Positions 52,097-63,802 of a stretch of 64,000 bases of DNA are shown one piece after another (position 1 is the first letter of the stretch; every line of letters starts with the position of its first letter). The stretch is from the NCBI RefSeq assembly GCF_006345805.1, contig NC_042998.1, positions 192,014,001 through 192,078,000 on the forward strand, in the 5' to 3' direction. The notes beneath the pieces are model-generated. The model was given only the letters and a program-made list of their open reading frames with translations, did not search any database and was not told where the DNA came from. Source of the stretch: Octopus sinensis. Taxonomy: Eukaryota. The position numbers were made by a program, and so were the translations under genes.

Positions 52097-54019
52097 TGTT
52101 TTATTATTACCCACTAGGGGCTACATAGATGGGACAATACAATCGGGAAAATGAATAATGAATTATGAAGTTTGTACAATGTGGTGCAATGCCCACTCGA
52201 TCCCCGAAATCGAGCGGTTACATTTCGTCATTTATTTTTATTCGTCAACAATATTTTCCAAATAAAACATTTTATACATTTTCAACATACATTTCAAAAG
52301 TTTTACAAAGTTCAACATTTCTTTTTTTTTTTCAGAATTTAAAGTTCTTTTTATCATTTCCAAATTAAAGTTTTCACAATACCTTTTCTTTTATATATAC
52401 TCCATTATGTCTACCAAATCTGAGTAAACTTCCATCGTTCGAGGCCACCTTGTAAGTCGGCATTTCATATGTTTTAACACGTTCTCGCCCGCTGCCTCGA
52501 TGAACGCCTCGGCGTCGTTCTCGTGGACGAGTGCACCTGTTTCTTTCCATTCGGTGCCCATCCTGACCCACGTATATCCGTTTGTTACGCTTATTAAATC
52601 TTCCATCTCCTCACAGTGCTTGTGATGGATCAAAGTTCCATAGTATTTGAATTTTCTATTCGTACCTACGTTTTCTCTAGTTTTTCTCTTAGGACTTACT
52701 TCCTCTTTTTTCTCCTCCCTCGGTTTCTCTCTTTCTCTCTTTTTGCTTTCTCTTCTTTCTTTTTCCTTCTCTTGTCTTTTTGGCTCTTTGTCTGCCGTCT
52801 CTCTACCCTGTGCCTTAAGTTCCTTTCCTGTTGTTTCTTTTCCTTTTTGCATACCATCTTTTCCTTTCTCTTGGTTCTGTTCCTTCTCTTGTTCTTTTCC
52901 TGCTTTTTCTCTTTCCTTTAATGTACTTTCCTTTTCTTTCTCTTGCTTCTGCCTTGGCTCCTTCTCCACTACTTCTGCACCCTGTGAATTTTGCTCCTTT
53001 TCTACTATCTTCTTCCCTTTGTTTTCATTTTCCTTCAGTGCGCTGTTACTTCCCTTCTCTTGTTGTTTCTCCGTTATTTCCTTTTCCTTATTTTCGCTGT
53101 TCTTTCCTTCGTGTTCGTTTTCCTTCTCTCCACTTTGTGTCTCTTTTTGCTCCGCTGTAAATTCATACAGCGGACATTCCTTTTTTATGTGCCCTCTTGA
53201 ACCGCACAGGTAGCAATTCGGTTTTCTGCCTTCCACTATTACACTAATTGTTTTCTCGTTTTCTATTTCTATTTGGAAGGGAAATCTTTCGATGTCTTCC
53301 ATTGTGGCCATCAGCCACAACTCTACTCCGAATCCCTTCCAATTTACAACGTTCGTCTCCTTAATTGACCCTATTTCTACTTCCTCTTTTGCTGCCCCAA
53401 TAATGGCTGTTACCAGCATTTCTGTTTTAATATTTGGGGGCACCTTTGGGACTCTTACCCGTACCCCTCGTCTTCCTTATACGTCGGCCACATGGTGAAA
53501 TTTTCCGCTTTCAGGACAGTGGAAGCCAATGAGGCCGCCACTTCCTTTGTTGCGCATCTCACCTCCACCGTACCATATTTCTTTCCTCTGTCTACAAAAG
53601 TCGCTTTTTTCATGATGTCCCCCAGACATTTCTCTATTTCTTCAATCGTCACTCTCACCAGTTTTCTCGTGTTTCTATCTTGCGTTCTATACGTTATCGT
53701 CATGTTATTTTTCTCTTCTATTGTTTCCACAGGCGGGACCAGCTTCACGCTGTCACCCTCCCTTTTGACGAACTTCTCGTATTCCTTCAATTGTTCTTTT
53801 CTAAAGAACACTTCTTTTATTCTAAGAGACTCGTCACTTTTTGTTGTGGCGACCCCCGCGTAAGTCTCCATGACTTGAGGGTCGACACACCTTCTATAAA
53901 AGGTTCAAACACGTAGCGGCAAACGCCTCGCGCGATTCAATTTTTTGACAATTTTTAACAGTTTTTTTTCCAATTTTCACATACAAAATAACTCACAACA
54001 CACGTGGGTAGATTTCCTC
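52097..54019 (-). mobile_element. complete ORF1-only non-autonomous non-LTR retroelement (HAL1-like)
   Basis: Perfect 16-bp TSD cacgctaagaacatgt at 52081-52096 / 54020-54035; 148-nt 5' UTR, ORF1, 294-nt 3' UTR; no RT or endonuclease. Confidence 0.88.
52391..53871 (-). CDS. ORF1p / Gag-like nucleic-acid-binding protein with CCHC zinc knuckle (about 493 aa after correcting one 1-nt frameshift)
   Basis: The 138-aa and 350-aa ORFs join near 53477 as ..MWPTYK/GRRGVRVRVPKVPPNIK..; knuckle CYLCGSRGHIKKEC; long E/K-rich linker; short C-terminal globular segment. Confidence 0.8.
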
Positions 54020-54075
54020 CACGCTAAGAACATGTGACCCTTAAATGTACTTTTTCTTCGCATTTCCATGCCCAC

Positions 54076-54503
54076 GGGCGTGTGGCGTAGTGGTTAAGAG
54101 CGTGGGCTACTAATCCCAAGATTCCGAGTTCGATTCCAGGCAGTAATCTGAATAATAATAATAATAATAATATAATAATAATAAGAATAATAATAATAAT
54201 AAATGAACGAACTATTGAGTTTGGTTTAATGGCCTACCAATGCATACTATGAGTTTCTTTACCCTAGGAGTCGGGCAGACGCTCGGCAAGAAATGGAAGC
54301 AAATTTGAAAGAAGAAGAAAAAGAAAAACAAATAATAATAATAATAATAACAACAACAACAACATCGAAAAATACCTTAGGAATGAGAATCCAGGTTCGA
54401 AATTTTCCCAAGACATCTGATAAAGGCTGGAGAGTATATCAGCCTAAACGTTGTGTTAACAACAAACAAGATGAGGACGAATAACCGTCAAATGTAAATA
54501 ATG
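54076..54503 (+). mobile_element. tRNA-headed SINE-like element with (TAA)n spacer and hammerhead-bearing tail
   Basis: A box tggcgtagtgg at 54083-54093, B box gagttcgattcc at 54126-54137; (TAA)n interrupted by about 130 bp of other sequence; degenerate hammerhead at 54412-54457. Confidence 0.62.
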
Positions 54504-54879
54504 GAATTAATGGAAATTATAGGGTTCTCTGGAAAATCTAATTATATGGAACGAACCTAAATATGTATGCATTGTTGACACTTAAAAGATGTCAATAGAA
54601 TTTTAGGACAATGTGTTTTTTTACCTTTACAAGCTACAACATCGTAGATTAAGTTTCTGAGACTTTATTCATATTTTATACACTCCGCAACTTCGCTAAC
54701 CGTTAAACACATAGATTGGAAATTCATGAGACAAAATCGTGGACTGATTGGTAATTTTTGGCTTTCATTTCCTTTGAATATGCATCTGTGCTGTTGTCCG
54801 TTTCGGTATGTTAATTTATTCAAAAACTTTCTTCCTTCCATGTAGTAGATTTTCCAGTAACTTAAAGGAGGGTACAATA

Positions 54880-55365
54880 TGTCCTGTCCGTATATGAGGA
54901 AGCAGAGCAGATGCTAAAAATTATTGTCCTGTTTCTGAAAGACTTAAAGAATTACATCTCTACTTCCTGGAGCGAAAAGGGAAGAGATATGCTGTGATAT
55001 GGATGACATTGAAGATAATGAAGATATGAGTTATACTGGCTTAAGACAAAGACGCCCGTTACACTGTTCCAAACAGTCCACCCATTACTTCTAGAGTGAG
55101 GACGATGTACTGCAATAGCTTCTTCATTCAAAGATTCACGGCTCTTTAAAATGTTGCGAAGAAACCTGAGAGACCTACATAAAGTAGGTATAGATATTTT
55201 CAAGAAGTACTTTCGCTTTCTGCAGTTCAAAATCCCAGATGAATTTACATCACAGCCAGAAACGCAAATGAAGGCAGAAAAATCAGGCTACCTCATTCAT
55301 CAGAGCCAACCCCAAACGAATGCTTATGAAAAAGGGTATGAAATAGGCGGTGCTTCAGCATGGCG
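54880..55365 (+). pseudogene. degraded 3' end of a CR1-like LINE
   Basis: RLFKMLRRNLRDLHKVGIDIFKKYFRFLQFKIPDE resembles the CR1-group ORF2 C-terminus; ends in aggcggtgcttcagcatggc. Confidence 0.68.
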
Positions 55366-55396
55366 ATATCCTATACACATACATATATACACACAT

Positions 55397-55693
55397 TCAT
55401 ACGATATAGTGTATATTTGAACACATAGGGAATCCACTTATAGGGATTCTACACGCTAGAAAGAACAGCTAGGTTGACCTAGTAAGTTCTCCTTGACTCG
55501 CTAAAAGAAGATCAGAAAGCAATTGGTCCAGGAAAATAGATGGTAAATGTTTTTCATTTCCAAATTTATTCCTGTCGAATTTTATCCGCAATTTTTGTGG
55601 TTATAGAACCTAGCTGTTCTTTCTAGCGTGTAGAATCCCTATAAGTGGATCCATTATGTGTTTATATGTTTAAATATACACTATATCGTATGA
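55397..55693. repeat. inverted repeat, about 77-85-bp arms and 135-bp spacer
   Basis: tcatacgatatagtgtatattt..atccacttatagggattctacacgctagaaagaacagctagg pairs with cctagctgttc..tatatcgtatga. Confidence 0.88.
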
Positions 55694-57249
55694 CTAATAT
55701 ATAGTCTTGTTGACTAAATTTTTTTTACACGTTAGACCACTGGAAATGTAAATTTTAATTAATTTCCATTTCCCTTTGATATGATTAAATACACAAATTC
55801 ATACATATATGCGTGTGTGTATTTGTCTGTCCGTCTGCATGTATGTATGTGTGTGTTGGCTTCCATAGATCTTTGAATTGTACTGTCTTTCTGAGAGTGT
55901 TCTACAAACCCGTGAATTCTGATACTACAACAGAGCACAGAGTATGTCTGAACAAAATAGTTTGGGAAATGTCTAAAGTGTAAAGATCAATGTAATAAAT
56001 CAAACGAGACATAGCAGCGAAGGAAAACACCAATTTTGTGTGTTTTACGAGTATATAAATTATAAATACAAGGGGCAAAAAAAATAAGATAAAGCATTAA
56101 ATCAAAAATCAATATGTCAAATCTAGAAATGTTTAAATCACATTTAATATTATCATCACTATTACAGACTAAAGTATAATCATTGATATTATTAGCATTA
56201 GCACCAGTGATAATAGGTATTTTTATTTGTTTTTTTAATATCTCGGCTTATGTTGTTGTTTATATATTTGTTCTTCTTTGTTATGTTTAAGGTATTTGTC
56301 TTATTTTAGAAGTATAGTTTTTTCAACAATACTGTTTAACGGCTTGTTTACGTTTCTCAAATTCGAATTTCCTGTATTTATGTCGTATTGTAGACACACT
56401 AGAAGAATAATACGTCTAAATCAATGTGGATGAAACTATTATTGTTTCGTACATAAGTATGAAATCCCAAACTTAGAAAGAATAGTAAATGTGAACATTT
56501 GATGTTCACGCCTTTCCTAATAGTTTACCAGTGTAAAGTTAAGCACGTACAAAGCGAAATACAAAATGGAGCCTAATTCATTTCGTAATCCTATTATGAC
56601 TCATCTAAATTTATTTCTGTAATACGGCTAATCTAAGTTTATTTCTGTAATTTGAATCACTTCACAATAGTTATGACCTGTTTCTCAGACAATTTTTAAA
56701 AAATATTTTAACGGCACGAAATTAATTACAAAGAATATCATGTAATTTCTTAATGTATAGGTGTCATAAGAGAAGAAATGTTATAGTTATCGCTATGCTA
56801 ATATGGCAGTTCAAAAATATAAGACGAATGCTGCTGTTGATTAGCTCCAAGAGGCCATCGCCTCTAGCTAGCTATGTGACACACGAAATGCATGTGTGTC
56901 AAATAGTCCAGAAGCCATGTTAAGACCGTATGTTGTAACATTGATTCTCCAGTAACTTTAAATGATATAACTTGAAATCAAATCGGTCTGTGATTTGCAA
57001 AAGCCTGTACATCTAGAAAGAACGTGATGTTTCACTTAAAACAAATAACCTGGTTAACAGCGCCGCTGGTTTTACAGATGTGAAATGAATACATTATACA
57101 GGAATGAAATCAATGTTCTAGTTGAGTTTTGCCTGATGTTTGCATTCAATATCATATATATATATATGTTTACACATAATAAATCCGTGCCTATTCGCAT
57201 GCATATGCATATTCATACGTTGTAAAAACTTAAATGAATAAACATCAGT

Positions 57250-57518
57250 ATATCAATAGCTATCGCCAAGCAAATATGGCAGTCCAGAAATATAGGACGA
57301 ATGCTGCCGTTGAATAACTCCAAGAGGCCATCGCCTCTAGCTAGCTATGTGACACACGAACCTGTGTCCATTATAACCTTCGAACAGAGGAGACTATAAT
57401 GGACTCAGGTTCGTGTGTCATAGCTAGCTAGAGGCGATGGCCTCTTGGAGCTAATCAAAGGCAGCATTCGTCCTATATTTCTGGACTGCTATACTAGCTT
57501 GGCGATAAGTATTAATAT
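57250..57518. repeat. fold-back element, about 125-bp arms; partial extra copy at 56783-56897
   Basis: ctccaagaggccatcgcctctagctagctatg..gtccattata pairs with tataatggac..catagctagctagaggcgatggcctcttggag. Confidence 0.88.
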
Positions 57519-58017
57519 CCAGTACCACTGCCGTAGTCTCCGTTAGAGTGACTTAGAAATTTTAATATTTCTACATCAGTATATCACAAAGCATCTTATA
57601 CACTCACATGAACAAACACACATTCGCATATATTACAAATATTCCATCAAAACACGAACACGTTTCAGTAAACCCCAAAACAATCCATAAAAGCTACACA
57701 CACACACACATTAACACACACACACACATGCCACAGCCATACACTACATATATCTGTTTATCACACCAAAAACACAATACAAGGAAAACATTCTATCATT
57801 TTTAATAATGATCTCTGACCACAGGCAAAATAACAGTCATTGCACTTTTAGACAATATAATAACTCCACCATAGCGGATGACCACAATCTGTCAGACATA
57901 CAAAGACAAATATTTCTTTGAATGATTTCAAAAACCTAAATTCTGAAAAATTATAAGTTGCCATGATTGCGCATTCACGCGCACATATACAGACATACCT
58001 AACTAGCTAGCAAGCTA

Positions 58018-58020
58018 CAT

Positions 58021-58052
<32 letters not shown>

Positions 58053-58087
58053 GAATACAGTCAAACTGACAGAATAGATAGGTGGAC

Positions 58088-58146
<59 letters not shown>

Positions 58147-58301
58147 CAAATAGACAGACAGAGAGACAAACAGATAGACATATAGATAGACAGATAGATA
58201 GATAGATAGATAGATGATAGATAGATAGATAGATAGATAGATAGACAGACAGAGAGACAAACAGATAGACATATAGATAGACAGATAGATAGATAGATAG
58301 A
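58018..58301. repeat. (GATA)n/(GACA) microsatellite
   Basis: Directly visible; further tracts at 59526-59652 and 59745-59885. Confidence 0.97.
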
Positions 58302-59525
58302 TATGTTTCTTTATTAGCCACACAGGGCTGCACACAGATAGAACAAATTACAAGGTAGAGCTTTTCTTTTGAAGGGTTAAAAAAAAAAGGAAGGGGGGAG
58401 TTTCGATCAAAAGGGATCGTAAAAGGAGAGAAAGAGGACAAAAAGGGGGAGAGGAAAAAAAAATTGATCAATAGGGATCGTTATCACAGAAATGTCAATA
58501 TGAAGTGTAAAGGGGAGGACAGGTGAGGTTTACCCGTGGAAAGAAAAGCCTACGGAAAAGACCACGGTAACCTCGGTCAATGAAGTCACATTTTATATTT
58601 CTTTTTTTTTTTTTTTTTGCAAATAAGCAACTCTCTGTTTTCGATTTCTGGGTTCATAGGACTATGCTCAAGGTGGCTTCGTCATTCATACGTGCCATTC
58701 TTGCTACATTCACCCATCTTTTTTTAAAACATTCGCTAGACAAAACTTGCCTCTCTACTCTCACTTTCCTTTTCAAGTGGTACTTGAAGAAGTTGATGAG
58801 AGATTGACCAGAGAGGAAAGTGTTTGTCTCCAATCCTTTCAGACGCGTCCACCAGATACATTCTTTCGCCATAGCCACAAGGATGATGAAATAGCTATTC
58901 CTTCCCGTTTGAAGGAAGGAGGCGTGACAATATTGACGATAGACTCAGCTGATAAACCGACTCGTCCCACACGTGACAGCAGTTGTTCGACATAAGCCCA
59001 CAGGTCGGAAATTGTTGGACACTGAACGAGTGCGTGCAGAACGGTTTCGTCGCTCTGACCGCATCTCGGGCAGGTCGGCCCCGTGTTTCTCGAGCCGTGT
59101 CTGTAGAGCTTATCCCGAACTGGTAGCGCTTCTCGGTAGCACTGCCAGGCCAGGGATCTCTGGAAGTTGTCCATGGGCCCTGGCCCGAAAGTCGTCCCGA
59201 ACAGGCGGGTCAGGTACTCCTCGTCGACGTCCAGGTTCGCCCCGAGCTCGTCGTCGTACCTCCCCTCCACTAAACCCCTATAGAATGCTTTGGTTGTGTT
59301 GAAGTCACTTAAGGTCGACCCAGGACGGCAGAGTTGCTTGAGAGCAACGCGACACTCGCGGTGCCATTCGCCCTTCCTCGGCCTCTTTTTGATCCACGAC
59401 TGCAGTTCGGTCATGGAGACGAGCTGCGGGAATGCGTGCCTCACAAACGGCGACCACACCTGTTCACCGTCGTCTACATAGAGCCAGAGATGTCGCAGTC
59501 TCAGCGCGTGTCTGCGCATGTCTGC

Positions 59526-59526
<1 letters not shown>
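58302..59526 (-). mobile_element. 5'-truncated Tx1/L1-like LINE (ORF2 C-terminus plus 3' UTR)
   Basis: LAWQCYREALPVRDKL..CPRCGQSDETVLHALVQC (zf-RVT-like); one frameshift near 58890 then AKECIWWTR..stop at 58654; GC-rich coding part; flanked by (GATA)n. Confidence 0.9.
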
Positions 59527-59604
<78 letters not shown>

Positions 59605-59652
59605 CAAACAGATAGACATATAGATAGACAGATAGATAGATAGATAGATAGA

Positions 59653-59743
59653 TATGTTTCTTTATTAGCCACACAGGGCTGCACACAGATAGAACAAATT
59701 ACAAGGTAGAGCTTTTCTTTTGAAGGTAAAAAAAAAGGGGGGG
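59653..59743 (-). mobile_element. second, heavily truncated copy of the same LINE 3' end
   Basis: tatgtttctttattagccacacagggctg..cttttgaagg is identical to 58302-58375. Confidence 0.9.
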
Positions 59744-59744
59744 T

Positions 59745-59782
<38 letters not shown>

Positions 59783-59786
59783 TAAC

Positions 59787-59830
<44 letters not shown>

Positions 59831-59832
59831 TA

Positions 59833-59885
<53 letters not shown>

Positions 59886-60252
59886 GCGAATTAGTAATAT
59901 GGTTAGGTAAAATACCTTGCAGTATACATTCCAGCACACTGCACTCAGTTCAAAATCCACCGAAATCAACTTATTCAATAGTAGGAGTGATTTCTTTCCT
60001 TCTCTTTCTCTCTTCTCTTCCTCTGTCGCTCTCTCTCTCTCTCTCTCCCTCTCTCTCACTCTCTCTCTCAATTATTGCCTTTGGTTAGACATTGGGAGAA
60101 ATATACTGAGCCATGTTTAGATGCCCAAAATAGACCATATAGTACAATAAGAGTTAAGGTTCCAGTTACATATATGTGTGTGTGACTGTATGTATGTGTG
60201 TGTCTTTGTGAGTGTGTATGTGTATATATATATATATATATATATGTATATA

Positions 60253-60765
60253 CTAGCAGTATCACCCGGCGTTGCTCGGGTTTGTAAGGGAAATAACTAT
60301 ATAAGCATTTTTAGAGAGTTACTTCCATTATAGATGCCAATTCGGGCTTTCTTAGCCATTTCTGTTTTGGTGTCTTCAAGCCATGAAGTCGTTGTTCTAA
60401 AAGAACGCTGGTCTCCTTGACAACGCTTTACGACGTTGATTTCCTTACACTCCCTTCCCCACAGCTTCACGAGGAAGGGAAGAAGTGGGAGAAGCAAACG
60501 GGTGCAGGTGTGACCATGGACGCCAACTCCGCCGCCATCGACACACGAAAGATTATGCATTAAAATGGAATAAAAAATTATGTTAAAATATTTTTAAAAT
60601 CGTAGACTCATCGTAGACGCGCGCTAATAGCCAGACGGGCTCGATATTAATCACGACTATAAGATACCCGAATTTGGTTAAACTGCACCGCAAAATGTGG
60701 GAGGAGTTAGGAATCTAAATCGAAGGGGACAGACACTTACACAACTACAGTTTTATATATATAGA
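60253..60765 (-). mobile_element. non-autonomous Helitron, same family as 13697-14093
   Basis: Minus strand A|TC...CTAG|T, same subterminal hairpin, shared ends but different interior. Confidence 0.9.
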
Positions 60766-60795
60766 TATATATATATACACAGATACATATATGTT

Positions 60796-60827
<32 letters not shown>

Positions 60828-62193
60828 TGTATGTGTGTACATACGTATGTTTGTATGTATGTATGTATGTAAGTATGTATGTATACTAAATAGGATGTCG
60901 ATTTCGGATTGATGGCACACAAAATGTACCCATTTGATATCTCAGTTCAATAAGTTATGTGCTTACCCGCTGTACTGCAATCTACTAACGATTTGTGCCT
61001 TAATTAGAGACGAAACTGTAGAGACCATCGTGTTCTGCAGGATCTCCCAAGAGACTGGTGAACAGAAACTACCACTAATGGAAGGAAGTTTCCGATCAAT
61101 ATATCAACTTCATACTCACCCATTAGATTTAATCAAAATGTCTGGTTTTCACTAAATATACCCAAGATCTAGATATTTATGATTAACTTCTCAGTGTTAA
61201 GTTATGTCTTCAGTAGAGCCAATATTGTTACTAAATTTTCTATAGAAAGGAAGATACCAGTTGCCCGAGTGTCTATTAAATTGTGATCGCTAAACACTAA
61301 TTCTTTTGTTCTTAGCACTTTGACCGATCGATAAACGAGTTAAACTCCAAAGCAAATGCTGCTGTGTGACTATCTGAAATCAAATTTTGCTATTGGTATC
61401 AAGAAAAATTGTGATTATTAGTTCGTGTCTGAAATATAAAATATTAATCTATATCCCCAATTCCTTAATATGAAAATAACGAATCAAAGAACAACCTCCT
61501 GCGAAGCAGATATTGGTGAAAGCGTAGGGAAAGATATTTAAAAAGGTTGTTGATTTGGTATGTATCAGCAGTTTATACGAACTAATACAGTGACATTTTT
61601 GTAGACTAATGTATTCTCTGTAGTCAGATATATAATTATATTTCACCAGTATCTCTGAGGACTAAAACTACCGTAGCTTCAAATAAAATATGCAGCTATT
61701 TTTTAATTGCATATTTAATTACAGGACCACATGTTTACAATTGATAAGAAATGATCGAAACAGAACAATGAATAAGCAGTGGTATGCTAACATATCTAAA
61801 TTTTAAAGAACATATGCATAAAATGTATAATGTTTTGGCAAAGTTTTGTAAGTCTATGCGTTTGAATCAATGTTTATACATATTCATGGTAAGCAATAGA
61901 CATGTTTTATGAATTCGCCTTATAGAAACACAATCTTTGTTAATACCAATGTCAAACGTTTCAATGGGAAACATGCGAGTGCATAGAAAAAGAGTTCAGA
62001 GAAGAATGTTTGTTTACATGCTTGAATATATGCTTACGTGAGATATGAAGATAAAATGCTACAAAGAACAGAAGTAGGATAGCAAAATTCTTTGCATGGA
62101 TAAAAACATTGTGTAGAGACAGTATGGGAACACACACATGGACAGACAGACAGACACACACATACACACACACTCATATGCGATGATTTTTGG

Positions 62194-62472
62194 TATATAT
62201 ATAATATGAATATATATGTATATATATATATAAATATGTATATATATGTGTATATATATATATACACATATATATATACATATTTATATATATATATATA
62301 CGTATATACATATTTATATATATATATATTCATATATATACATATTTATATATAAATATACATACATATTTATATATATATACATATATGTATATATATA
62401 TATACATATTTATATATATATATATAAAATTGAATTATTTATATATACATACATACATATATATATATATAC

Positions 62473-62504
<32 letters not shown>

Positions 62505-62545
62505 GTATGTATATATATGTATATATATATATGTATGTAAATATA

Positions 62546-62592
<47 letters not shown>

Positions 62593-62660
62593 TATATATA
62601 TATATTATATATACATATATTATATATATGTATATATATGTATATATATATGTATGTATG

Positions 62661-62706
<46 letters not shown>

Positions 62707-62776
62707 TATATATATATGTATATATATACATATATATATATATATTATATATATATATATGTTATATATATATATG

Positions 62777-62828
<52 letters not shown>

Positions 62829-62846
62829 GTATATGTATATATATAA
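62194..62846. repeat. (TA)n-rich compound microsatellite
   Basis: Directly visible. Confidence 0.97.
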
Positions 62847-63802
62847 CTGAATTGATATTCTGAAAAAGTGGTACCTTTCTATTCATGATAAATCGTTCAA
62901 GAAATAGATCGATACAAACATGTATGGACATGGCTGCAAGAATGAAGAAATGGGAAAAGAAATCAACGAAACTGTCCTCTTACTACATTGTCATGCAGTA
63001 CAATAGATTTTAAATAAAAAAAAAAGAATCAAAATAAAGAATAATGTAAAACAAACATTCCACTTTCACTTTCGCTTTCATTTGTGTTCTTAAACTTCAG
63101 TTTGCACTAAATATGCAGTGTTATTAAACAATCGAACATTAACAAAAGTCGGTATAGATATAAACAGTTTCATTTGGCAGTGTAAATATATAATAGTTAG
63201 ACCTCCATAAGAATACATTGAATAGCAAAACATCACTCCAGCTTCACTTCATTTCTCTTCATCTTTTTTCTTGTTTATATTTATTTGTTTTGCCCTTTAA
63301 ATAAATTATTTAACAATGATAACATAGTACGGTTAAATAAATGAAGAATTCTAAACTAATAATTTATCACTAACATCTGAACTTGCTAGGATAAATTTGT
63401 AGTCTGAAAGATTTTGATGAGAGCAGTTAAAACAAAATGATATATTGATTGTGCAACAAGATAAATATAAAAGAATTTGATTGCTGTTAGATTTTTACTA
63501 AAACTTCAGACAAATAATTGAATAATTACTGTCAGTGGTTTTACAGAGTATCAGAGTTGATACAGACAACTATTTTAACTCAAGACTATTCTGAATTCAC
63601 TTTGCGTAATATCTAATCAAGTTCGTCATCAATACAATCTTGTATTCTGCTTTACAAAGCAAGCAAGGTTGCTATCATTTTTACTATGGTGTTATGGTGT
63701 AATTAAAGATTGGAGACCAGAGTTTGAGACTAGCTTATGGACGAGCTAAGAAAGGAACATTTACATAGTCAATCGGCCTAATAATTATAGTAAAAAAATT
63801 CC

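Noticed and set aside
52616-53863. Several long plus-strand F/S/L-rich ORFs
   Set aside because: Antisense shadows of the purine-rich ORF1 on the minus strand.
54076-54145. Functional tRNA gene
   Set aside because: A and B boxes are present but the acceptor stem does not pair and it runs into (TAA)n, which fits a SINE head.
58839-60071. 410-aa ORF as a single gene
   Set aside because: Chance fusion of translated (GA)n and (TATC)n repeats with a truncated LINE ORF2.
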